The notes under the pieces are model-generated. The model saw nothing but the letters and a program-made list of their open reading frames with translations. It had not been told where the DNA came from and did no database searches. A DNA stretch of 64,000 nucleotides from Candidatus Acidiferrales bacterium (GTDB taxonomy: Bacteria > Acidobacteriota > Terriglobia > Acidiferrales > UBA7541): NCBI GenBank assembly GCA_963776365.1, contig CAVZMQ010000004.1:2054-66053 (forward strand). The letters run 5' to 3'. Of the stretch, positions 43,518 to 53,406 are shown in pieces (position 1 is the stretch's first letter; every line of letters begins with the position of its first letter). The position numbers were made by a program, and so were the translations under genes.

Positions 43518-43940
43518 CTATGGTGGAATTAGAAGAGTCATTATGGTGCCCAGCATGGTCGCGATCAATTTCTCTCGATCCCCATTTATGGCGAATGCGT
43601 CGGCAGCGCACACTGTGAGTGTCTTCCCACGACGCTTGACTTGCGCTTTGGCTGCGAACTTTTGTCCTATCGCCGGCACCAGCAGGCTGACCTTGAATTC
43701 TACGGTCAGGACGTTGCAACCTTCAGGCGCAACGCTGTAGGCAGCGTAACCACACGCTGAGTCCATGATGCTGGCGAGGACACCGGCATGCAAAAAGCCA
43801 TCTTGTTGCGTGTATCTCTGGTTGAACGGCACGCGAATCTCTACTGTCCCCGGCGCGATACAGTCGATTTCAGCGCCGAGCGTGGTCATGAATGCCTGGT
43901 GCCCGAAGCTTTCTCGAACTTTGCTCTCAAATGGCTCCAC
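43518..43940 (-). CDS. PaaI family thioesterase
   Basis: QQDGFLHAGVLASIMDSACG, LTVEFKVSLL hot-dog fold motifs. Confidence 0.92.
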   Translation of the reverse strand: MEPFESKVRESFGHQAFMTTLGAEIDCIAPGTVEIRVPFNQRYTQQDGFLHAGVLASIMDSACGYAAYSVAPEGCNVLTVEFKVSLLVPAIGQKFAAKAQVKRRGKTLTVCAADAFAINGDREKLIATMLGTIMTLLIPP

Positions 43941-44194
43941 AATGCCTCCCGCGGCTTGTTTTGTTGCATTTGGCCCCTGCTCCCTTGCGAGTCTACTAGA
44001 CTTAGACCACTCGATCCGGGTCGTGGCAAGTCTTTACTTTCAGCACGGGCTCCGGCTCTTTTCACAGCGGATTGACAAGCACTTGCGTCGCGAGGGCGCC
44101 TACCCCTTACGTTTTTCCGTAAAAGGTAGGCTTTAGGCTTTTCGTCTTCTCTTTCGTCAGAAGTGCTCCGAATAATGAAGGTCGCGCTCTATTT

Positions 44195-44680
44195 TCAGTT
44201 ATCGTCGGAATCCTTCGCGACGGCGGAAGCGGCGATCCAAGGACCCGGAGCGGAAAGTGTCGCGCCATTCACGCCAGCGACACGGACCAGAATGACGGTG
44301 CCGAAACAAGGAGAAGGAACCTGCAACTTGGAGTGAATCTCCGCGTTGCCTTCTTGACTGAGCGGAAAGGCAGCGCTGGTTACCGCCACAGCGTCCGAGC
44401 ACACGACGCTGGCGGACACCGCAGTGACCGGGCCAGTGTTGCCGGTGCTCGGGAGGATCAACCCGAGTACATCGACGCGCAGGTGGCCGTCATCCGTCAG
44501 GACCGCAAACGCGTGTTTCACCACCCACGGCGCCCCGCCGCTGGCTACCCCGGCGATGGTGATGCCCGGATTCGAACCGAGAACTGGCGCAAAGAAGGCC
44601 AACTCTTCGGCAAACGTATTAATGGCAAACATTCCGGCCACCAAGCAAGTCAGGATTGTTACTGAAAGTGTTTTTTTCAT
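44195..44680 (-). CDS. Hypothetical secreted protein
   Basis: Signal peptide MKKTLSV...TFA; RBS; GVASGGAPWVV. Confidence 0.7.
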   Translation of the reverse strand: MKKTLSVTILTCLVAGMFAINTFAEELAFFAPVLGSNPGITIAGVASGGAPWVVKHAFAVLTDDGHLRVDVLGLILPSTGNTGPVTAVSASVVCSDAVAVTSAAFPLSQEGNAEIHSKLQVPSPCFGTVILVRVAGVNGATLSAPGPWIAASAVAKDSDDN

Positions 44681-45337
44681 TGAGGAATTCCTTTATTTTC
44701 TTGAGATCGCACGAGTTCCAGTTGGGCTCCGCGCGTGAACTGCTGAAATCGGCTTCGAAAACCAAACCCCGAGGGTGGGAAATGATTTAGCTCATAAGCC
44801 GCTCGGGAAGCATAAGGCTTGCTCCGCCATGGGTTGTCTGGAAATTGTCAAAACAATGTCGAGTTTTGAACCGTTCGATGACTTTGCAGCGTTGATGATC
44901 ACGATGTTAGGGTCGGCTTCCATCTCGAACTTGAGGAAATCCTGATGTTTGCCCTAGAGCACAAACAAACCGCCGGTACCCAAGTTACCGGTTTGCCGAA
45001 TCGGGAGTCAGGACACTTTACATTCCTAGCTCTTTACTAGGAAATTCCCATCTGACTTCGGGACACTGAGATTCAGGTATGCGGGTTTCGTCCGAAATCG
45101 CTTTTCATGGAAAACCAGAAAACCATAAGTAATTAACCAACCTCGAGCTGAAATTTCCGAAATCGTATAGCTAACCGCCGAATGTGTGGGTACCGGGCCG
45201 GATTATTTCTCGGGAAGTTTATCTTCAAGCTGACTGGCAAGCGTGTGTATTTCCGTTGTTCTAGTAAATAGCCCGGAGCAGCTTCAAAGCGCGAACTCCC
45301 TCTTTGGCGGGCGCGCAAAATCGTTTCAAATCGTGGA

Positions 45338-45568
45338 CTATGGCGGCCTCAACGAGTGATGGGAGCAAGTCCCCGATGCCACGAAGAACTCCCAGCCGGG
45401 CCGGCTGGTGGGCAGCAACTCCGCCAGCACGTCCACGTTGCTCCGCGCCGGATCGAAGTCATCGCGAAGCACTGAGCCGAACAGGCTCAAGTTGCGAAAG
45501 CCCCGCGCGCGGCAGAACTCCGCGACCTTCTCGCGGTCAATCTGGATGGGCAATTCGGCGACGCTCAT
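45338..45568 (-). pseudogene. Minimal nucleotidyltransferase (MNT antitoxin-like), truncated
   Basis: LSLFGSVLRDDF...S.VDVLAE motif; C-terminus degenerate; no HEPN partner seen. Confidence 0.75.
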
Positions 45569-45910
45569 GGCTCAAATCATCACGCAAAACCCCTTTTCCC
45601 GCAATCCTCATTCCCCATTCCGCACTTCGATTTCAGCCTTCAGCTTTGCGAATTCCAGCGTTTAAGCTTCGCCCTCCGCTCGCTGCCGGAAGTGTCGAAA
45701 GTGAGGACTGACGCCGGCGCACAATCGGAAAGCCCCGCCGGCCTGGAGGCTGGAGGCCATGGCGTCTTCCGGCTCCGGTCCGCTCCTGCGGGCCGCAGTG
45801 CGGTGCCGCCAGACAAACCTCCGGTTTGACCGCGCGCCCCCTTTCCGGTCTGGGCGGTTTTAGCGCCCGAGAGTGTAGAAAGTGAGGACCGACACCGGCA
45901 CGACACCGGC

Positions 45911-46612
45911 ATGGGCGACCTCTACGACACCGGTGCCTGGTTCTCGATGACGATTCCGCACGCCACGCTGGACTTGGCCGCCCTGTGGCCGGAGATGACG
46001 CAAGCAGCTTCCTACAACACGATGATCCACCGGACCGGCGAGCCGGGCCGCCCGACCAAGCTGGCGGTGATGGCCGAAGCGGGGGAAGTCATGCCGGAAC
46101 TGCTCTTTCCCGAGCAGCACGAGAACCTGGAGCGGGTGCGCCAGGCGATTCGGGACTGGTGCGCGATGGAGAAGAACCTGGACCCGGAGCGCGACCAGAA
46201 TAAAGACGGGTCGTGGAAGACGCCCGATGAAATGGCCGAGCGGGTTATGGAGATCCTGGGGGTGGGCCACTCAGTCGTGCCGCGCACGAACCTGATGGAT
46301 GACGCCGCCAAGAGCCTGGCCGGGGCGATTGAAGCCTGGCTGGTGGGTGACGAGATGACACCCGGCTTCAGTGGCAAGAGCAACGGGACCCCGATCAATA
46401 GCTCGCCCGAGACAGTCCGCGAGACGCAGATGGGGGAAGCCCGCCAGTATGGCGAGCCGGCGGTAACGACGCTGCACCCGGAAGTTGCCGAGCAATGGCT
46501 TAAGGCCGTGCTGGCCGAGTGGGTGGCCGTGGTCCGGCAACGGCTGCCGCTCCGCATCGAGAAGGAACTCGACAAGGTGCGGCGCACGATGGGGAAAGCG
46601 TTAGAGCGTTAA
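45911..46612 (+). CDS. Phage-like hypothetical protein (possible neck/morphogenesis protein)
   Basis: GC-rich 233-aa ORF co-oriented with tail genes; function inferred from position only. Confidence 0.5.
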   Translation: MGDLYDTGAWFSMTIPHATLDLAALWPEMTQAASYNTMIHRTGEPGRPTKLAVMAEAGEVMPELLFPEQHENLERVRQAIRDWCAMEKNLDPERDQNKDGSWKTPDEMAERVMEILGVGHSVVPRTNLMDDAAKSLAGAIEAWLVGDEMTPGFSGKSNGTPINSSPETVRETQMGEARQYGEPAVTTLHPEVAEQWLKAVLAEWVAVVRQRLPLRIEKELDKVRRTMGKALER

Positions 46613-46716
46613 GGCGTTGAAGCGTTAAATCGTGAAACGTGAAACGCTGAAATGCTGAAACGCTGAAAAGCTGAAATGAAAACATCCAACATCCAACATC
46701 CAACATCGAACATCCA
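46600..46716. repeat. Short tandem repeats (GCGTTRA, TGAAACG(C), AACATCC)
   Basis: Runs of 7-8-mer units directly visible between two phage-like genes. Confidence 0.85.
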
Positions 46717-47277
46717 ATGCAGGAATTGACCTCACCGGCGTTGACGCAACTCACCCTCGCCTCGGGGGTGCCGACCTTACTCGATGAATGGCTCGGGCTG
46801 TGGTTCGACGGCGGCACGCACCAGTTAGGCGCGGAGCCTGCCTGTTTATGGCCTGCCGTCACGAGGCGCTTCGGGCAGAGCCAGGTCGCGGCGCAACCCC
46901 TCAACAGCGTGGTGGAAATGCGCGTGGTGATTAGTCCGCGGGCGGAAGCGCGGGCGGTGGTGGATACGGCGCTCTACCAGGGGCGGCTCATCACGGACTA
47001 TGTGATGTTCAACTTCTGGATTCGGGCCAAGACGCCGGGCCAGGCCCAGGCCCAACTCGCGGCGCAAACGGTGGCGCAACTCCTGCATGGGCTGCTCACG
47101 CACCCGAGCACGCGGGCGGCCCTGGCCGAGAAGGGCATCGCCCACCTGCAACCCCAGGGCCCGGCCTCAGTCATGCCCAGCGTGGACTATGCGGAGCGGC
47201 TGCTGATCTGCGCGGCGCAGTTGCAATACCCGGTGATCCAGACCGATCCGGCGGCTGATCTGCCGACCCCGGCCTGA
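46717..47277 (+). CDS. Phage tail terminator/completion-like protein (copy 1)
   Basis: Position before chaperone and tape measure; beta-rich pattern (VMFNFWIRAK...AQTVAQLL). Confidence 0.5.
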   Translation: MQELTSPALTQLTLASGVPTLLDEWLGLWFDGGTHQLGAEPACLWPAVTRRFGQSQVAAQPLNSVVEMRVVISPRAEARAVVDTALYQGRLITDYVMFNFWIRAKTPGQAQAQLAAQTVAQLLHGLLTHPSTRAALAEKGIAHLQPQGPASVMPSVDYAERLLICAAQLQYPVIQTDPAADLPTPA

Positions 47278-47399
47278 CTAAGCAAGCAGGGAGATTCGCG
47301 TTCTGTTCCCATTGCCATCTCCCCGCAAACGGTGCACTCAATTCAGGTTGTGTCAATAGTGAGTGAGGACACTTGCTCGGCCTGCCCTCGTCAAACCTG

Positions 47400-48215
47400 C
47401 GCATCGGCAATTGTGGAGAAATTTGTTCTGACCCGGCTGAACCAGACGGGTCATCCACAGCGAGCCAATCCCTGACACATCCGCTGCCTTACCCGCTCTC
47501 GCAGCGGCTGGAAGTTTTGAGCCGCAGTTCCAGGCTCCCGGCGCTGCCGCATGCGCTGGGTGGGGTGCTACACTGGTTCACGGATGTAGGTGGCCACCTC
47601 CTTGGCCATGAGCAGCCGAACGTTCCACGGTTTGTCGGCCTGGCTGATACCCAAGGCGTCTTTGAAGAATCCCGTGGCGTCAAGTCCAGCAGGACGGGTG
47701 AAGTACTGACCCGTGCCGGCCAGTTTGCGGCAGCGGGAAAAGGGCGAAGCTCTCGATGCACCCCGCAGCCTGGGTTGAGCGCCAGCAGATACCAGTTCCC
47801 GTGATAGGCAACCAAGAGATACGGCTCCAGTAGGTAGTCCCGCGTAGCGCCGTCAAAGCGCTGATAGCGCAGGCGAAGGCGCTCGCTCTGGTTGATGGCC
47901 CGTCCCGCCCGCTGCCAAACCCCTGGGTCCATCCGGGTATAGTCTTCCCCCAGCACCGTGAACCGGGGTGAGCGAATCCAGCTCCAGCGAGACGGTGCCG
48001 CGCAGACTATCGGCGATCTTGCTCAGCACCGAGCGCATATCCAAGGCCAGGGGTGTGCCTTCGAAACACTCCAGGAGTTTTCGGGCAATGGAGAAACTGA
48101 AAAATGGATGAAGAAAAGTTCTTGCCATCCCCATAGGCGGAGGTAACATCGATCGCGTCATTCTCCCGAGAGTAGGGTGCTCTTCGGGTCCGCCCTGTAA
48201 TGCAAGTTGCTTCTC
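47400..48215 (-). pseudogene. WYL-domain transcriptional regulator (PafB-like), fragmented
   Basis: AINQSERLRLRYQRFDG.TRDYLLEPYLLVAYHGNWYLLA; several frameshifts; N-terminal HTH missing. Confidence 0.8.
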
Positions 48216-50059
48216 CGGTGGAGGATCCGTTCTTATCAGTCCGGAATATGCAAAGCCTGCCGAGAAGGTGCCATGTTGCAACCTTGAGCTAAGTCAATAC
48301 TTATGAATAAAACCGAATGCGCGAAGGACAGCTTCCCTCTAACTGCCCGTGGAGCCCCCAGATTCGATTTTACGGACATCGTGATCGCCGTACATGGAAT
48401 CGGGGAGCAGAGTCGGTTTTCCACGGTCCAGTCTGTAGCCGTGCGGCTGGCGCGGTCCAAAATACTGTTGAGATCCATAACCGGCAGTCCTTGGATTCCG
48501 CCAGTTGCTCCGCAGCCCCTGGGATACTTCCACACGGATGTCAAAAGCCTGACCTCGGTCCTGCCGGTGGACGACCTAGACGGTCTGAAGAGCTCTGACT
48601 TCACGAAGATCGGTTTTTCTGAAGTTTATTGGGCAGACATTCCTGACGAAGTGCTGACGGAGGGCAAAACGTTGGAAGAGATTAAGGCTTGGGCCCGAAC
48701 TGTGGTGGCACGCGCCAATGCCCTGTATGCCCGGGCCAGCGCGAACCCTAAGGCGAATAGGTTAGTTAAACCGGATTTCGCTCTGGCTGGCGACGTGCTT
48801 GATGAAATCATTGATACCGTCCACGTGCTCGAAAACCTCACCTTCCTGGCGGATAAGGCAGGCATATTCCACTTCGACCTGCGAAAGCTCCTGGACCAAT
48901 ACCTCGGGGATGTCCAACTCGTGACCGAATTTGCCGAGTACCCGTATGGGAATCGTCGGGCGCTTCCACGAAGCCTTGCGCAGCATTCACGATCAATTCC
49001 CGAACGCACACGTCCACATCGTAGCGCACAGCGAAGGGACGGTGGTCAGTCTCCTGGGCATGCTCGAAGCAATGTCCGGCAACAGCGTGTTTCCTGCCGA
49101 CCCTACGAAGCACCAACCCGCAACAAAGCAAGCGTCCGGCACCGTCCCGGGTTGGCTCAAGCAGGTAAAAGGGTTCATCACGATCGGGTCCCCGATTGAC
49201 AAGCACCTGCTGCTCTGGCCGCGACTGTGGAACGATTTCCATTCAAGCGTTGCGGAGGAGATTCCTGCCAAGACTGCGGAGGAGATTCCCGCGAAGGTTG
49301 CGGAGCAGATTCCTGCCAAACAGATCCATTGGCGCAATTATTATGACTACGGCGATCCGGTCGGGTTTCAGCTTGATACCGCCAAGGAGTGGTTACGTGA
49401 GACTGGAATCACCATGTTCGACTTCCCTGACGAAAACGACATCGGCTTTTCGCGATATTTGCTCCCGGGTGAGGCGGACAACGAATACTGGAATGACCCG
49501 GCGGTGTTTGAAGATTTCATTGTCAACGTTGTAAAAGACCAGCCATCGGAAAACACCCGGCCAAAGACCAAACCCCTCATTGCCGTGTTAAGTCCGACCC
49601 TTCCGTACCTGCTCAGCTTCATCGTCCTGCTGTGCGGCGTGTTTATCCTCAACAAGGCGCTAAACGCATACACGCATCCGTCGTTGGATCCGCTCCAAAG
49701 GTTCGTTCGCTTCAGAGAACTTGGAGTAAAGCCGCAAGCCGAGCTTGCAGGCTGGCCACTGTTCTCTGGCGTCTTTGGCCTCGGCGCTTTACTTTTTGGT
49801 GTGACGCTCATTGGCCGGATTCCGCGACTGGCTGGGGGACTGATCTGGAACTTCGTTGGCCTGGGAGCGTTTATAGTTGGAGCCATACTGTACTGGTTGT
49901 GCGTTCCCGGTGCTTTACGGGGGGAGATTGGAGGTCATTTCTCGGACGTATTCCCCTTGGTGCGCCACATGCCAACGATTGGGGTCGTCGGCGTCGCGCT
50001 ATTATCCGGGCTGACGGGATATCTGGTGACGCCGCCCCGTATGCGTAATCGAAAGGATA

Positions 50060-51356
50060 AGTCGGCGATAATCAATGAAGGTATCAAGTCGCGCTTAGGA
50101 GTTAGGCTCAATGACATAGTTCCAGTCGCCATGAAACGTGTTGCGTTTTAGGTTCACTCGTTTCATCTCCTCATCGGAGACCCTCCTGCCGGTTGGATAC
50201 TTGCGACGATCCAAGCGACACCTCACTTTCAGTCCTTTCGCCGTAGTCGTTCGAGCAATTAGGTTGACGATGGTTTCGTAATCCCGCAACGGCTCACCCC
50301 GCCAGTTGGAGGAAATGAACGAAAAGAGCCGATGCTCGATCTTGTTCCACTTGCTGGTGCCCGGCGGAAAGTGGCAGATGGAAAGCGCCAGTCCGGTTTC
50401 ATCCGCAAACCCTTGCAGTTTCAGTTTCCAGAGTCGCAATCGCGAACCATTGCTGCCCCCGCCATCGGCCGTGATCAGAAGTGTATCGGCCTCGGGATAG
50501 AGGTGTCGGCCTTCAAAGCGCCACCAACCGCGAATCGACGCCACCGCAAACGCTCCGGTGTCATGGTCAGTGCCCACGTTCACAAAGCCTTCGTTCCGCC
50601 CCAGGTCATAGATGCCATAGGGAAAGGCCCGGGGTACTTCGGGACCCGGGAAGTCGTGCCCCTTGACCTTCCGGGGTTGTTTGGCCGCAAGCCATTGCTG
50701 GCCAGCATTCACGTAGTTGCCCACCAGTTCCTTCTTCTTGGTGTCCACCGAAATGACTGGCCTGCCCGCCGCCAGAGCCCGCTTCACGCAGGCGCTGATA
50801 TGCCGAAACTGGGCATCCCGGTCGGGGTGATCCTCGCCCTCCTCCACCTTCCGATTGCTTTGCAGGCTGTAGTTCTGCTCGTGGAGGAGTTGCCCGACTC
50901 TCACATAGCTGATCGGATGATGTTGCCGCCTGAGTTCGGCGGCGAGCATCCGGGTGCTTTTGCAGATCCACCGCAAGGGAGATTCAGGATCGCCACGGGT
51001 TCCACCGTCAATCAAGTCGTCCAGCGCTGCCACCAACCCGGGATCCGATACGGTGAGGTTCTTGCGTCCTGCACCCGGGCGGCGAATGCGTCCTGCCACA
51101 GGAGAGTCTCCCGCTTGGATTTCGCCAATACCCTTGGCGATGGCCTTCCGGGACAAGCCACAAGCACGGTGGACCATTGATACTCCGCCATAACCCAAGC
51201 CCATAGCTTCGTTGGCTGCCAGGATACGCCGGGTCCGCTCATCCAGAAGTGGCCAAACGGGCCTGAACTTCTGCACCAGCACCGTAATTGAACTCATGGA
51301 CCATGATCATATCCGATCTCTTCCACGGATGCTACCATTATTTATTACCGCCGTCT
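50060..51356 (-). mobile_element. ISAzo13 family insertion sequence
   Basis: Imperfect IRs AG(A/T)CGGCG(G/A)TAAT; direct repeat AAGGATA at 50053-50059 and 51357-51363. Confidence 0.88.
50095..51297 (-). CDS. ISAzo13 family transposase, intact
   Basis: LDERTRR, RGDPESPLRW, PVISVDTKKKELVG, ITADGGGSN, PGTSKWNKIEHRLFS. Confidence 0.95.
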   Translation of the reverse strand: MSSITVLVQKFRPVWPLLDERTRRILAANEAMGLGYGGVSMVHRACGLSRKAIAKGIGEIQAGDSPVAGRIRRPGAGRKNLTVSDPGLVAALDDLIDGGTRGDPESPLRWICKSTRMLAAELRRQHHPISYVRVGQLLHEQNYSLQSNRKVEEGEDHPDRDAQFRHISACVKRALAAGRPVISVDTKKKELVGNYVNAGQQWLAAKQPRKVKGHDFPGPEVPRAFPYGIYDLGRNEGFVNVGTDHDTGAFAVASIRGWWRFEGRHLYPEADTLLITADGGGSNGSRLRLWKLKLQGFADETGLALSICHFPPGTSKWNKIEHRLFSFISSNWRGEPLRDYETIVNLIARTTTAKGLKVRCRLDRRKYPTGRRVSDEEMKRVNLKRNTFHGDWNYVIEPNS

Positions 51357-52268
51357 AAGGATAACCCACAGAAGAGGGACGGACTCGACCGGGAGAAGAA
51401 ATGGTTCTGGACTGGGATGCGGCCACTCATGGCGGTATATATCGTCGGTGTGGGTTTCGTGGTTGTTATGCAACTCCATCCCACGCCCATCAAGGAGGTG
51501 TGGGTTAAGGAAAAACCAGTTAAGTTTGACGCCCGTCAAATAGAGCTCATCAGTAGCGCCCGGCTCAGCTCCCGACGAGGTGCGGCAACTGGTTGCTGGC
51601 AACGGCGCTGCCTGGACAAACGTCGTGCAATCCGTCCAGCCTGTACTCTCCACCACCCCACAAGTGTGGCCGGTGCTGATTGCGGCAGCAGCGTTCCTCT
51701 ATTTGTGGTGGCTCTCGACTTTGCTGTTCGATCTCGCGTTCATTTGGCAACGTTACACGCGAAACTCAATAACGAATAAGCGGCTTTACGAGTGGAGGCA
51801 GCTCGCGAAGGAAACCGAAAAAAAGGTCCTGCCGGCTTAGGGAGTCCTTCCCACGAATAATGGAACTCACCGGCGCCGCCCTCGAACCTGGCTGCCCGCA
51901 GTTGGGTCGAATGCGCCAACTACGTTCTGAGCAGCCCGACGCAAGTTATCGTGCTGCCCTTTGACAAGAACGCCCAGGGCCAGTTCTAAGGCATTAGCTT
52001 CCCCTGAAATCGGCTTGCGACTTAATTGCAGCCAGCGGAAACCGGGCCAAGCAGGCCCCAGTTGGCTGTCGGAATGACGAAATTTCGACACCTGCCTCAG
52101 GTTGCCGCCCATAATGATTGTTGGAAAAGCCAATCCGCAATTTGACCGCGCAAGGGGTGTTGGACCGTCCGAGACGCGCCGGGGGAGGTCCGGTAGCGGT
52201 GGGGGGGCGGAGAGATGTTGGGGAGGATTGATGAGCAACGGAGCATAACCAGCACATTGCAGACGCCT

Positions 52269-52740
52269 GCACGCACCAGTTAGGCGCGGAGCCTGCCTGT
52301 TTATGGCCTGCCGTCACGCGGCGCTTCGGCCAGGACCAGGTGGCGGCGCAACCCCTCAACAGCGTGGTGGAAATGCGCGTGGTGATTAGCCCGCGGGCGG
52401 AGACGCGGGCGGTGGTGGATACGGCGCTCTACCAGGGGCGGCTTATCACCGATTATGGGATGTTCAACTTCTGGATTCGGGCCAAGACGCCGGGCCACGC
52501 CCAGGCCCAGCTCGCGGCGCAAACGGTGGCGCAACTCCTGCATGGGCTGCTCACGCACCCGAGCACGCGGGCGGCCCTGGCCGAGAAGGGGATCGCGCAC
52601 CTGCAACCCTAGGGCCCGGCCTCGGTCATGCCCAGCGTGGACCATGCGGAGCGGCTGCTGATCTGCGCGGCGCAGTTGCAATACCCGGTGATCCAGACCG
52701 ACCCGGCGGCTGATCTGCCGACCCCGGCACCCACGCCTTG
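52269..52740 (+). pseudogene. Second, 5'-truncated copy of the tail terminator-like gene
   Basis: 52269-52728 matches 46814-47273 with scattered substitutions; CAG>TAG at 52609-52611. Confidence 0.85.
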
Positions 52741-53406
52741 ACGTGCAGACGCCTGCAGTTAATGGCCAGGTACGGCGTGGAGCAGGTTCGCAGGCCTTGG
52801 CGATGACTCGGCGGCAGCCGCCCAGCAGCATATCATTTCCGACGTCCGAATGGGTTCGTTTTAGCGGGCGGCGGGGAATGCGTCCAAGGGCCGAGCACGG
52901 GGTTCAGGTCTTTTTGAAACCCCTGAGCGCCGTCTGGATTACCTTCTGGTCGACCTCGGACATATCAGGTGCGGCTTTCTTCATCATCTGCGCGACCCAG
53001 TCGATCTCAGCAGATTGCGAGGGATATCCGATGTTCTCGCCACCGTTCGTGGAGTTGACCATCAGCATGCCCTTCGGACACCGAGCTTCTTGAACAAGGC
53101 GTCAGCACCGGGATTCTCCAAGGCTGTGAAGGCGTTTGTGGAGAATAACACTTACGAATGATAGGTGAAAATTATAGTTGCTTGTCGCACCGTCATGGCT
53201 ATTATTGAGACTAAGGTAAATCGCCGCCACGAGCCGCTGACTCGCTTCGTTCAGCCAACGAACCGCGTGCGGAAAACAACTTAACCGAAGGGCATGAACT
53301 GCCAGGTTCAAATCTGGCGTGGGCAGGGTGAAAGGTTTCCAGATGTCACCCGACCGACTTCCAGCATCTTCTCCCGGCCATTTCATGCCGAGCAGGCAAA
53401 GGACGT

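Larger units (their letters stand above)
48303..51840 (+). pseudogene. Alpha/beta-hydrolase-like protein with multi-TM C-terminus, interrupted by ISAzo13 and two frameshifts
   Basis: VIAVHGIGEQ, HIVAHSEGT, FITIGSPIDK; frame restored across the IS (RMRNRKD/NPQKRDG); extra C near 48947 and 51561. Confidence 0.75.

Noticed and set aside
46600-46716. Repeat tract considered as a CRISPR or DGR template
   Set aside because: Period is 7-8 bp with no unique spacers; no reverse transcriptase in the window.
50332-51180. 282-aa plus-strand ORF
   Set aside because: Antisense to the ISAzo13 transposase.
52243-52285. GCATAAC...GTTAGGC resembling an integron attC
   Set aside because: The GTTAGGC comes from the duplicated phage coding sequence (also at ~46824), the element is too short, and it lacks internal symmetry.
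46814-52728. Duplicated segment as a DGR template/variable repeat pair
   Set aside because: Differences are not confined to adenines, the length is 460 bp, and no RT gene is present.
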